A stretch of DNA of 64,000 bases, from the IMG/VR virus record IMGVR_UViG_2850695442_000001. One strand, 5' to 3'. The notes under the pieces are model-generated. The model did no database searches and was not told the DNA's origin. It worked only from the letters and a program-made list of their open reading frames with translations. Positions 16,604-25,477 of this stretch are shown here, one piece after another (the stretch's first letter is position 1; the number at the start of each line of letters is the position of its first letter). Made by a program: the position numbers and the translations under genes. Source of the DNA: a virus.

Positions 16604-17445
16604 GTAAACATTTTATATACTATTCTATTTGACCTTAGGTCAGCCAGAACTCCGAAGCTTCGCTTTGGTGTATTGAGTTTCTTGTATGGGATATTTTTAT
16701 TGAAGGTTCACTCGTTGTGATATGCTTTGTCGATTTTATCGCCATTCTATCATTTCTTGATGTGTTCCCGCTCGGTTCAAATTTCTTCATTCAACACTTA
16801 ATTATCCATTGCAGCTTTTGTTAGAGGATAGGCAAATGAGAACGTGTGTTCTTATGAGGTAATATCGTGAGATATAGGTTTCTTGTGAAACTGTAAATTT
16901 TGATGCTATGTCATTTTTTACACCCAAGCACCAATAGCCGAAATTGAATTTAATGGGTTTGATTTTCTCGGTCAAACATCATGTTTCAATTTTAAAATGA
17001 ACAGCAATGATTTCCAAGTCTGGAAGTTGAGTGCATAAGAGAACTTGTACTGTTTTGTGAAAACAAGCAAAATCTGACTGTTCATCATTCAAATGTTCAA
17101 GTTAAAAACGTCCGATGTGGAATGGTTTAACCTGATTCATGATTAAGACAGCGTAACGTCCGGTGTGGAATTGACGTGTCACCCTAAGAAGTGGCTTGCA
17201 AGTGGTTCTTGCGTCTTAACAAGTTGAATGTAATTAAAATTTCTGTTGAGCTAGTATTCAGAAGAGAACAGATTTTATCTGTCTGATAATGAGCGAAAGT
17301 GTAGTGTACAAGAGTACATCCAGTTTTACAAGAGGCAATAGAACAAAATGTTCGTTAGTGCGTGGCATTTGTTTGTAGTTGTCCAAAGCATTTATTGTTT
17401 TTAAACACATAAGGGTCAACGTACCATACGTTTTTGCCCTTATGG
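16604..17445 (+). ncRNA. candidate large structured non-coding RNA (or structured ssDNA element)
   Basis: No ORF of 60 aa or more on either strand, and consecutive nested multi-branch helices (see findings). Confidence 0.45.
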
Positions 17446-17456
17446 GCTAGAAAGGC

Positions 17457-17630
17457 ATGAAAATGCAAAAAATTAGTAAAAAATACATTATTTTTCTTCA
17501 TTCTTCATCAGGTTATTCAATAGGACAAATTGAAGGAGACAACAAGCGAAAACTTGCGCTTGAAGCTCTGGATATTATGGATTGGGCTTCATTTAATTAT
17601 TGCTACCGACGTGTTAAACGGGTGGAATAA
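17457..17630 (+). CDS. small hypothetical protein (57 aa)
   Basis: RBS AGAAAGG; MKMQKISKKYIIFLHSSSGYSIGQIEGDNKRKLALEALDIMDWASFNYCYRRVKRVE. Confidence 0.5.
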   Translation: MKMQKISKKYIIFLHSSSGYSIGQIEGDNKRKLALEALDIMDWASFNYCYRRVKRVE

Positions 17631-17837
17631 TAAGAAAAGCTAATTGAATCGGTTTGATAAATGAATTGATAAGTAGAAAAATAATACTAACACAAAAACG
17701 CACTAGACGTTACTCTATTGAGTAAATAATTTGTGCGTTTTTCGTTCAGTAGAATTGAGAACAAACAACGCACAAAGTCTGTATGTTCAGGCTAATATTG
17801 TGCGTTTTTATATTTTATGCACAAAGGGGCACATATC

Positions 17838-18311
17838 ATGAATAACACACAACTCATCGGACGCACAACCAAAGTAATTGAACTTCAAACATCACCAGCT
17901 GGAAAAAGTTACGCACGTTTTACTATTGCAGTCAATCGTCGTTTCAAAAATGCCAATGGGGAGCGTGAGGCTGACTTCATTCCTTGTATCATTTTTGGAC
18001 AATCTGCGGAAATTTTTTCCAAATATGTTCAAAAAGGAGATTTAGTAGGAATTGATGGTGAATTGCGGACGAGTAATTACACTGATAAAGATGGCAATAA
18101 GCGCTTCAATATGGAAGTGATTGTCACAGCCTTTGATTTTTTGCCTTCGCATAATCAAAATGCTCAAGGAAATCAAAGTACACAACAGGGACAACAAAAT
18201 CCTTCCGCTTATCAAGCACCACAAGCAAATAGTGGTCAAGCTTCTACGTATGATGACCCATTCTCAGGTGGTACTCCAATGGAAATCAATCCAGAAGATT
18301 TGCCATTCTAA
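17838..18311 (+). CDS. ssb: single-stranded DNA-binding protein
   Basis: MNNTQLIGRTTK...ARFTIAVNRRFKNANGEREADFIPC...GELRTSNY OB fold with acidic tail INPEDLPF. Confidence 0.97.
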   Translation: MNNTQLIGRTTKVIELQTSPAGKSYARFTIAVNRRFKNANGEREADFIPCIIFGQSAEIFSKYVQKGDLVGIDGELRTSNYTDKDGNKRFNMEVIVTAFDFLPSHNQNAQGNQSTQQGQQNPSAYQAPQANSGQASTYDDPFSGGTPMEINPEDLPF

Positions 18312-18447
18312 AAACGATAAGTACGGTGTGGAACGGGGGAAAGAGAGAAACACGTAAAGTGTGGAAGGAATGAAACCCTGAGGTCAGTGCCTGTCAAGCT
18401 TGCTTGATATGGTAACACTTCACTTTACCTATCGTTATAATAAAAAA

Positions 18448-18757
18448 CAAAATAAATAATGGTATTAGGAAACTAATACCTTGTGGTAGCCACGTAAATC
18501 CTTTTACGGGGTAAAAAGAAAGGAGGTATCTTTTATGACCTCACTTCTTTCTCGCATGGTATTAGTTGGGATGTTCAAATTTGTACTCACGGGTACGAAG
18601 GCGAAAGAAAAACCGCCGCCGTAAGGCGAAACGGTTTCTCTTGTGGTTAGTTAGACTACTGATTCAACTATTGGTCCAAGGACTGATAAGCAAATTGGTA
18701 AACTATCTGACCCCACTTCTCTAATATTATTATACCATGCGAGACCCGCAGACGCAA
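18448..18757. other. type I toxin-antitoxin-like locus
   Basis: Plus strand: TATAAT at 18436, GGTATTAG-GAAA-CTAATACC hairpin, sequestered SD, small ORFs 18535-18624 and 18581-18724. Minus strand: TTGCGT-17-TATAAT promoter with extended TG (18757-18729) and a terminator with U-tract at 18640-18604. Confidence 0.65.
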
Positions 18758-18858
18758 GTTTGCGTGGCTTTCAGAGGGTATTGTTTACTTTTCCAAGAAA
18801 TAATCAGTTCAAAATAATGAAGAATTTGGACCTAATTAAAAAGAGAGTAGTAAATAAT

Positions 18859-19020
18859 ATGGAAAACATAGAAGCACTTTGTAACCATTTAGAGAATATG
18901 ACAGTGACGGAAAGAAAAAAACTGTTTGAAAGACTTTCTCTTTATAAAAAAATTATTTTTCTAATTTGTTTGGGATTAATAATCCTTTTAATGAAAAGGA
19001 ATAAAGAAGTTACAAAATAA
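18859..19020 (+). CDS. small membrane peptide
   Basis: C-terminal hydrophobic stretch KKIIFLICLGLIILLMKR. Confidence 0.5.
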   Translation: MENIEALCNHLENMTVTERKKLFERLSLYKKIIFLICLGLIILLMKRNKEVTK

Positions 19021-19037
19021 TAACTATAATAAAATTG

Positions 19038-19100
19038 CACCTAAACCCAATCGGGTATGGATAATTCCAACCCGAAAGGGTTGAGGAAGTAAATAAAATG
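19038..19100 (+). repeat. three-hairpin leader, copy 1
   Basis: CACCTAAACCCAATCGGGTATGGATAATTCCAACCCGAAAGGGTTGAGGAAGTAAATAAAATG, nearly identical to 20106-20168. Confidence 0.85.
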
Positions 19101-20093
19101 ACAAAAGAACTACTTGACCTTGCAAACACAGATAATTTGACAGCAAGCATTGTACGTCAATATATCACGGGTGGGGCACAAGCTTCCCCTGAAGAATTAG
19201 CATATCTGGTTACTATTGCAAAAAACATTAAAGCAAGTCCGTTTCTTAAAGAAATTTACTTTATTAAGTATGATGAGAAAACACCTGCTCAAATTGTAGT
19301 ATCTCGTGATTTTTATAGAAAACGAGCACAAATGAATCCTCTATTTAAGGGGATTGAATCTGGTGTTATTGTGACAGACCTTGATGGAGAGCTTGCTTAT
19401 CGTGATGGTGCGGTTAAATTACCAACAGACACCTTATTAGGCGGCTGGGCTAAAGTCTATGTCAAAGATTATGTTTCTCCTATCAAATCCTCTGTTATGT
19501 ATGATGAATATGTACAGATGAAGGATGTTTGGGAAAATAATCGAAAGACAGGAGAGAAAGAGCCAAAAGCATTATGGGCATCTAAACCTTTAACAATGAT
19601 TACTAAAGTTGCAGAGTCACAAGCTTTACGCTCAGCTTTTCCATCAGAATTTTCTGGTTCGTATGCCGAGGAAGAGATTCCAGAAGCTTCTGAACTGATT
19701 AATAAAGATAGAAAAGATGTCACGCCAGCACAAGGACAAATAGGAAATCCTGTTAATCAACAAGGGATGTATAAACAAACCTCAAGACAGGAAGTATTGG
19801 AAAAACAAAAAATGGAGAGCATTCAGAAAAAAGGGGAACGTCAACAAGCGCCAACTAATCAGTACGCACAACAAGGACTTTCCACTCAAAACGACCGCTA
19901 TCCGGATGTTCGTTCCTCTCAACAAGGGAACGGACAAGCACAACAGTCCCAGCAACCACAATATACTGGAACACAAGTAAGTAACGAACAACAGGCTCAA
20001 AATAATGATGAATTTAACCCTAATCGTTTTGCTCGTGACCCTCAACAAAGTTCACAAAAAAATGAAACGTTCGTTAATGAACTTCAATTTTAG
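19098..20093 (+). CDS. bet: phage recombination protein Bet/RecT-family single-strand annealing protein
   Basis: ASPEEL...KASPFLKEIYFIKY...QIVVSRDFYRKRA...LLGGWAKVY...W...PLTMITKVAESQALRSAFP, with a Q-rich tail. Confidence 0.9.
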   Translation: MTKELLDLANTDNLTASIVRQYITGGAQASPEELAYLVTIAKNIKASPFLKEIYFIKYDEKTPAQIVVSRDFYRKRAQMNPLFKGIESGVIVTDLDGELAYRDGAVKLPTDTLLGGWAKVYVKDYVSPIKSSVMYDEYVQMKDVWENNRKTGEKEPKALWASKPLTMITKVAESQALRSAFPSEFSGSYAEEEIPEASELINKDRKDVTPAQGQIGNPVNQQGMYKQTSRQEVLEKQKMESIQKKGERQQAPTNQYAQQGLSTQNDRYPDVRSSQQGNGQAQQSQQPQYTGTQVSNEQQAQNNDEFNPNRFARDPQQSSQKNETFVNELQF

Positions 20094-20105
20094 TTTATAT
20101 TAGTA

Positions 20106-20168
20106 CACCTAAACCCAATCGGGCATGGATAATTCCACCCCGAAAGGGTTGAAGAGGTAAATAAAATG
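20106..20168 (+). repeat. three-hairpin leader, copy 2
   Basis: CACCTAAACCCAATCGGGCATGGATAATTCCACCCCGAAAGGGTTGAAGAGGTAAATAAAATG. Confidence 0.85.
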
Positions 20169-20714
20169 AACGAAATTACACTTACTGGAGAATATAAAGC
20201 AATTTATCCAGAGAATAAAGAATATCAAAGTAGAGAGAGTTCTTTCTATTGGCATCTTACCAAAGAGGATAAAGAATTTCTTGATGTACTAGAGAATATT
20301 TTTAAACGCAAGGAAATAATTGAAAAATTTAAATCTGCTTTTGGAGATAATTTCCACTTTTATCATTCAGAATATAGCTTTACATATGATACCAATGAGG
20401 TAAATATCACATGCTTTTATAATGGGATGCGCGAACTTTCTTTACAAGAGAAGAAAGAAAAAGAAATTGCTGACGATAAGCAGATGGGGTCTTCTGAAAA
20501 GCTTGTACTGGCTCAAAATTTAACTGTACCCGCTTATTCAAAGAAAAGAGAACTTTTGTTTCGCGGAGAATCATTCAAAAAAAGAATTTGGGTAAATGAT
20601 TGGATATTAAAATTTGATGTTACAGATAACTTGATTTTAAAAGAGACCGGATTAGTTAATTCAAAAACGGTTCCTGATATGATGGAGTATTTATCTTCTA
20701 AATTTCCCAACTAA
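20166..20714 (+). CDS. hypothetical protein
   Basis: 182-aa ORF behind the repeated leader. Confidence 0.7.
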   Translation: MNEITLTGEYKAIYPENKEYQSRESSFYWHLTKEDKEFLDVLENIFKRKEIIEKFKSAFGDNFHFYHSEYSFTYDTNEVNITCFYNGMRELSLQEKKEKEIADDKQMGSSEKLVLAQNLTVPAYSKKRELLFRGESFKKRIWVNDWILKFDVTDNLILKETGLVNSKTVPDMMEYLSSKFPN

Positions 20715-20861
20715 CTATATAAATTGAACTCTTAATTGAGTAGCAATCACTTAGTATGATTCATAATGCCGCTAAAATCGGGCATTAACTACCGCAAGGG
20801 ATTTCATCACTCCCTTGCGGAATGGTGTGTTCCTACATTTATTAAAAATAAAGGAGACATT

Positions 20862-21356
20862 ATGACTAACACTATTAAAACAAATCAAAATCTCAAAGAA
20901 ACTTTTGCTGCGATTGCGAATAACGACTTAGACCGCATGGTTGCAGTTTATGAAAATGAACAAGTCAATCAAGCAGTACAAGCTTATCAAGCAAAAGTTC
21001 ATGCAATTTCTAGCCAACTGGCTCATGTTGCTGAACTTTGTACAGGGTTGAAACAACGCTACTTTGGTTTAAAGGAATCTACGTTCACTCGCGCCTCTTA
21101 TATGTCCGCAAAAGCTTCATTAAAGGTTTGTGCGAACGTGAAGAGAACTATCAAAAATACTCAGTTATTTTTAGTAGAAAGACGCTTTGAATTTGGATTT
21201 GAAGAAACAAAAGCAATGTTGAAACTTTTTGTACCATATCTTGAAGGACTTAAAATTTTAATTAAAGGCTATGTCCAAATGGTACAGAAGTATGAATTTG
21301 AACAAACACAAGCAGACTTGTTTTATTTACAAGCAAAGAATGTAGCACTTACTTAA
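20862..21356 (+). CDS. hypothetical protein
   Basis: RBS AAGGAG before ATG 20862. Confidence 0.7.
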   Translation: MTNTIKTNQNLKETFAAIANNDLDRMVAVYENEQVNQAVQAYQAKVHAISSQLAHVAELCTGLKQRYFGLKESTFTRASYMSAKASLKVCANVKRTIKNTQLFLVERRFEFGFEETKAMLKLFVPYLEGLKILIKGYVQMVQKYEFEQTQADLFYLQAKNVALT

Positions 21357-21445
21357 AAGTTTGTGATGCATAACACTCAGGAGGGTGCAATATTCCCTTC
21401 TGGGGATACTGTATCTCTCCATTTTTTGAAAGGAAATATTAAAAA

Positions 21446-21682
21446 ATGGCAGTAGAAATATACACAGCAGATGCAATCAACTTACTTTACTTGTATGAAA
21501 AAACAGGAGAATATGGCGATACCACGATTACCTTTGCGGAAATCAAAGATTACGTGGAGTATATCGCTAAAGTTCGTAAGATTGAAATAAAATCAGGAAA
21601 AGAAACAGAAGTTGATGTTGAACGTCCGCTCTCGATTCTATCCAGCACTTTCTCGAAAAATATAAAGCGAATAGACCTATAG
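21446..21682 (+). CDS. hypothetical protein
   Basis: RBS GAAAGGA; directly precedes the PARP-like gene. Confidence 0.6.
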   Translation: MAVEIYTADAINLLYLYEKTGEYGDTTITFAEIKDYVEYIAKVRKIEIKSGKETEVDVERPLSILSSTFSKNIKRIDL

Positions 21683-21705
21683 AGGTAGCACAGGCTAATA
21701 AAGGT

Positions 21706-22377
21706 GTGGAAAAATCTAAACTTAGTATGACTATAGAAAATTTTTATATAGCACTTAACAAGATTTTGAAGCATGAAAAATTAGATGTTGATGAAGCGTT
21801 ATTCTTTTTAGAAGAGACAAATGATGTTTTGAATAAAGAAAATATCTGGCAGTTTTTGGGACTCTCTGAAACGATGCTTGAAGAGACGGAACTTCCGTTT
21901 AATATGACTGATTCTATTTTTAAAGCACATAACCGCATTGGAAAAGTCTTTGCAGTTGAAAATGTACAAGAACTTTCACGATACAAACACGTTTGTTATG
22001 GTGCTCATGGAACCAAAAATGATAATGTTTTATCTATTTTATCCAATGGTTTTGTTTCATCTGACAAAGTTAAAGCCGTGGCATTTTCAGGTCAAATGTT
22101 CGGAGAAGGAGTCTATATGTGTCGCCTTTCTCAATTTTCTAAAGTTTTGAACTACATTTCTAGTCCCAGTACCTCAACTCCAAGTTATGCCTTTTTAATG
22201 AAAATTGGATATAACAAAAAAATTGATGTGACGTCTAGCAGAAGCGAAACTATACAACCTGGGGAATTAGTTCATGCTCATGATATTGGAATGTATTCAA
22301 GAGATGAATATGTTGTGGCGGATAGTTCTCAAATTGCTATTACGCATATTGTTGAAATTTTTGAGAAAAACAACTAA
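21706..22377 (+). CDS. PARP-fold (H-Y-E clade) ADP-ribosyltransferase
   Basis: AHGTKNDNVLSILSNGF, GQMFGEGVY, SKVLNY and DEYVV...QI align with PARP1 WHGS..GILSQGL, GYMFGKGIY, SKSANY and NEYIV. Confidence 0.85.
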   Translation: MEKSKLSMTIENFYIALNKILKHEKLDVDEALFFLEETNDVLNKENIWQFLGLSETMLEETELPFNMTDSIFKAHNRIGKVFAVENVQELSRYKHVCYGAHGTKNDNVLSILSNGFVSSDKVKAVAFSGQMFGEGVYMCRLSQFSKVLNYISSPSTSTPSYAFLMKIGYNKKIDVTSSRSETIQPGELVHAHDIGMYSRDEYVVADSSQIAITHIVEIFEKNN

Positions 22378-22495
22378 AAATATCACTTATCACTTGATAA
22401 GCCCAAGAGTTTTTAACTCTTTTTTATCATGGGATAAGACTTCTGCTTTAGCAGTTGGGGCTTTTATAATGGCATCTGCCAAAGAAAGGAGCCTC

Positions 22496-23473
22496 ATGGC
22501 TAAACAGATTATTTATCCCACTAACGAAAATGAAATTCTCACTCAAAAAGTGAACTACACCAAAACAAAAGATGGTATCACAAACTGGAACTTTTGGACA
22601 GGTAATTCTTCTGATAGATTTGGGTTTTATCCCTCTTTAGTAAATCCTATTACTAAAATGGAAGCATTGCTTGATTATCGAAAGAAAATGCGTGTAGCTT
22701 ATGAGAGAAGACTTACTGAACAACAAAAGAATGTTATCAATCCGATTGATAATCAACAACAACTGAAGCAATGGTTAGAAAAAGAGGGTGTAATAAAAGC
22801 AGCATCATACTTTGAATTTAAAGATTCATCAAGTAATTGGGTAGATTTGAAAGCTATTGCTCCTTATTATTATTCAGAAGCTGTTCTGTTTTTTGAAAAT
22901 CTTTTTTTACCTCAATTAGATGCTTTAAATACATTATTTACCTTTACTGGAAGTTGGGAAGATGATTTGAAAAGATATGCTTTTGAGATGGAAAAGACGC
23001 GTATTGAAAATTCAATGTTGCATCTGAATTTAAAAAACAAACATTCAGATACTGCTTTTCTAAGTCACTCTATTATTAGAAAGGTAACGGCTGAAATTAA
23101 TAAGGCTTATTATTCAACCATTGAAAATTTTAATGGTAATTCTAGGACAAAGCTAAACTTAGAAAATAGCACTTTGACAAACTTTGAAGGCTCAAATAAT
23201 TTTACTTTGGTGAATTCTAAGTGGTGTGATACGGCATTTCAGCGTCACACTGGTGGTGAAAATAACGCTAACATCTTCTTGGAAAATGTATCGCTTATCA
23301 ACTGTACGGTTAAATCAAATAATAAAATTAAATTCCGAGGAGAGGACGAGAATAATGTTCTCACCTTGAAAAATATAACAATTTTAGATTTTAGAGAAAT
23401 TTCATATACTACAGATGAAGAAACAACATTGACTGCCGATATGGTAAAGAATAATAAAATAATCCTTTACTAA
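22496..23473 (+). CDS. hypothetical protein with Asn-rich, beta-solenoid-like C-terminus
   Basis: RBS AAAGGAG before ATG 22496; low-complexity N/L/S/T periodicity in the C-terminal third. Confidence 0.65.
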   Translation: MAKQIIYPTNENEILTQKVNYTKTKDGITNWNFWTGNSSDRFGFYPSLVNPITKMEALLDYRKKMRVAYERRLTEQQKNVINPIDNQQQLKQWLEKEGVIKAASYFEFKDSSSNWVDLKAIAPYYYSEAVLFFENLFLPQLDALNTLFTFTGSWEDDLKRYAFEMEKTRIENSMLHLNLKNKHSDTAFLSHSIIRKVTAEINKAYYSTIENFNGNSRTKLNLENSTLTNFEGSNNFTLVNSKWCDTAFQRHTGGENNANIFLENVSLINCTVKSNNKIKFRGEDENNVLTLKNITILDFREISYTTDEETTLTADMVKNNKIILY

Positions 23474-23577
23474 TTTTACTTTTTAACACCCAAAGGGGGA
23501 TAATCGTTCCCTTTGGGAAGTTATCTCCTTTTTACTTTAAAAGCTTGCGAGCAAAAATAAAATGGAGGAATACTGAA

Positions 23578-24972
23578 ATGGCAAAAAATAAAAAGATAGT
23601 AAACGGACAGCTCTCGTTCTTTGACTTATTGGCAGGGTATGAACGTGAAGCAGTTGAAACACAAATCACTGTTCCCGAAATTAAAGGAATTACTGGAGAA
23701 CTTTTTGATTGGCAAAAAGCACCCACTGATGCCTTAAAAGCTATTTTACTAGATAAGGAAAATGAAGATTATAAAAATCAACGTGCTTTCTTCATATTTG
23801 GTGAAGTTGGTGTCGGGAAAACTTATATCTCATGTTATATAGCAAAAGATTGGCAAGGAGAAGTAAAAATTATTGCGCCAATAGGAACACACAAAAATTG
23901 GAAATCTTGTTTAAAACTTTTTGGCGTTGAAAACGCTGAAATAGTTGAGACTATAGATTTTGATATTTTCACAACGATTGACCCAGAAAATTTATTAATT
24001 ATTGTGGATGAAATTCATAATAATGTAAAAGATACAGAGTGGCTAAATTTGTATTCGTGCTTTGTAAAAGCAGGGGTAACCTTATTAGGATTGACAGGCA
24101 CACCTTTTGAAAAGCAAATTAATGTATTTGCGAAAGCAGCATTAATCCTTTCAAATTTGGACGTCCCTCGATTAAAAGCCGGACAAGTGAAAAAATATTT
24201 ATCACAAGTCGTTCCTTATCATGGTATATCCCTCTCTAAACCTGCTGAAAATATCCAGCCTCATTACATTACAAAGACGAAAGAAATTGCGATTGAAATG
24301 AGTTCGGAACAACGTGCGTTCTATGATTTTATGGTTGCACGTACTGGTAAATTGGATATTTCAAACTTTCAACTCGCAAAAGCGACTGATAATTTTGTGG
24401 ATTTTGGAGATACCGAAACATTCTTTACTAAGCGAGATACAGGACGCTATTTTGTAGGGTATAAAGCAGAAGATAAATGCGAAAATCAAAAATTGGTAGC
24501 ATTGAGAAAAGAAACTTTCACTTTATCTGGTAAGACTTTAGTCTATGTCAACACGAAAAAAGCCTTAGAATTCCTAGAAAAAGAAGGATTTGATACTTTA
24601 ACGTTTGAGGATAAAGAAAAAACAGAAGAACTCATCCATCAACACTATGAAACCAAGGATATTCTTGTTGTTTGCACAACAGAGGTCAAAGAAGGGATAA
24701 ATCTTGATGAAATAACCAACATTATTTGGTATCAAACTCCAAAAAATGCAGTAGATTTCACTCAATGCAACGGACGGATGCTTCGTGGTGTTCCAGAGAA
24801 AGATACTGTTAAAAATGTTATTCAGATTTTTTCTCATAACACGATTCAAGAAAAAGTGGCTAATCAATTAGCAGCTGTGGTTACAGGCAATAATATATCT
24901 ATTGCTTCTGAATCTTCAGAAACATGGGAAACGCGTCTGGAAGCTTTCTTGAGAAATGTACAAAGTATGTAA
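23578..24972 (+). CDS. superfamily 2 helicase-like protein
   Basis: Walker A GEVGVGKT, Walker B IVDEIH, motif III LTGT, KEGINL, motif VI TQCNGRMLR. Confidence 0.85.
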   Translation: MAKNKKIVNGQLSFFDLLAGYEREAVETQITVPEIKGITGELFDWQKAPTDALKAILLDKENEDYKNQRAFFIFGEVGVGKTYISCYIAKDWQGEVKIIAPIGTHKNWKSCLKLFGVENAEIVETIDFDIFTTIDPENLLIIVDEIHNNVKDTEWLNLYSCFVKAGVTLLGLTGTPFEKQINVFAKAALILSNLDVPRLKAGQVKKYLSQVVPYHGISLSKPAENIQPHYITKTKEIAIEMSSEQRAFYDFMVARTGKLDISNFQLAKATDNFVDFGDTETFFTKRDTGRYFVGYKAEDKCENQKLVALRKETFTLSGKTLVYVNTKKALEFLEKEGFDTLTFEDKEKTEELIHQHYETKDILVVCTTEVKEGINLDEITNIIWYQTPKNAVDFTQCNGRMLRGVPEKDTVKNVIQIFSHNTIQEKVANQLAAVVTGNNISIASESSETWETRLEAFLRNVQSM

Positions 24973-25063
24973 TAACACTAACCATAAAAGGAAAACAGCT
25001 TCTTTGGTGGTGTTTCTCTTTTATAAATTATTAAACTAACAATTATAAGGACATAAAAATAAA

Positions 25064-25477
25064 ATGGGATATACAAATTATTTTACAACAACTAAAAAAG
25101 ACTTTAATTCTGAATTTATTGCTTTAGCACGAAAGATTGTTGAACTATCTGACGTTTCTACTAAAGGCTGGGATGGAACGAAGAAGGCTGAGTTCAATCT
25201 TAAAACAATTTCCTTAAATGGGGATGCAAGCAATCAAGAAGATTTCGAGACGTTCGAGTTATCTAGGTTTGCTTATGATTTTCGAACAGATGACTACTAT
25301 TTACCGTCTGAACTGAAGTTTGCATTTACAAAAACTGAAAGATTACCTTACAGTTTTAATGGTAAAGTCACAGATAGCGAATTCATTGCAGGAGCAAATT
25401 TATTCAATAATGCTCTGGACTATTTTAACATTGAAAAACTATCTATCGAAGAATGTGAAAACTTTGTAAAGCAGTAG
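25064..25477 (+). CDS. conserved hypothetical phage/plasmid protein
   Basis: MGYTNYF...FETF...FTKTERLPY pattern; family not named with confidence. Confidence 0.6.
   Translation: MGYTNYFTTTKKDFNSEFIALARKIVELSDVSTKGWDGTKKAEFNLKTISLNGDASNQEDFETFELSRFAYDFRTDDYYLPSELKFAFTKTERLPYSFNGKVTDSEFIAGANLFNNALDYFNIEKLSIEECENFVKQ

Noticed and set aside
17107-17172. Two 17-nt repeats with a ~31-nt spacer resembling a mini-CRISPR
   Set aside because: Only two short copies, no leader and no cas genes. Treated as part of the structured region.
16604-17445. Group I or group II intron remnant
   Set aside because: No GUGCG start or domain V motif, no P/Q/R/S core elements, and no interrupted gene on either side.
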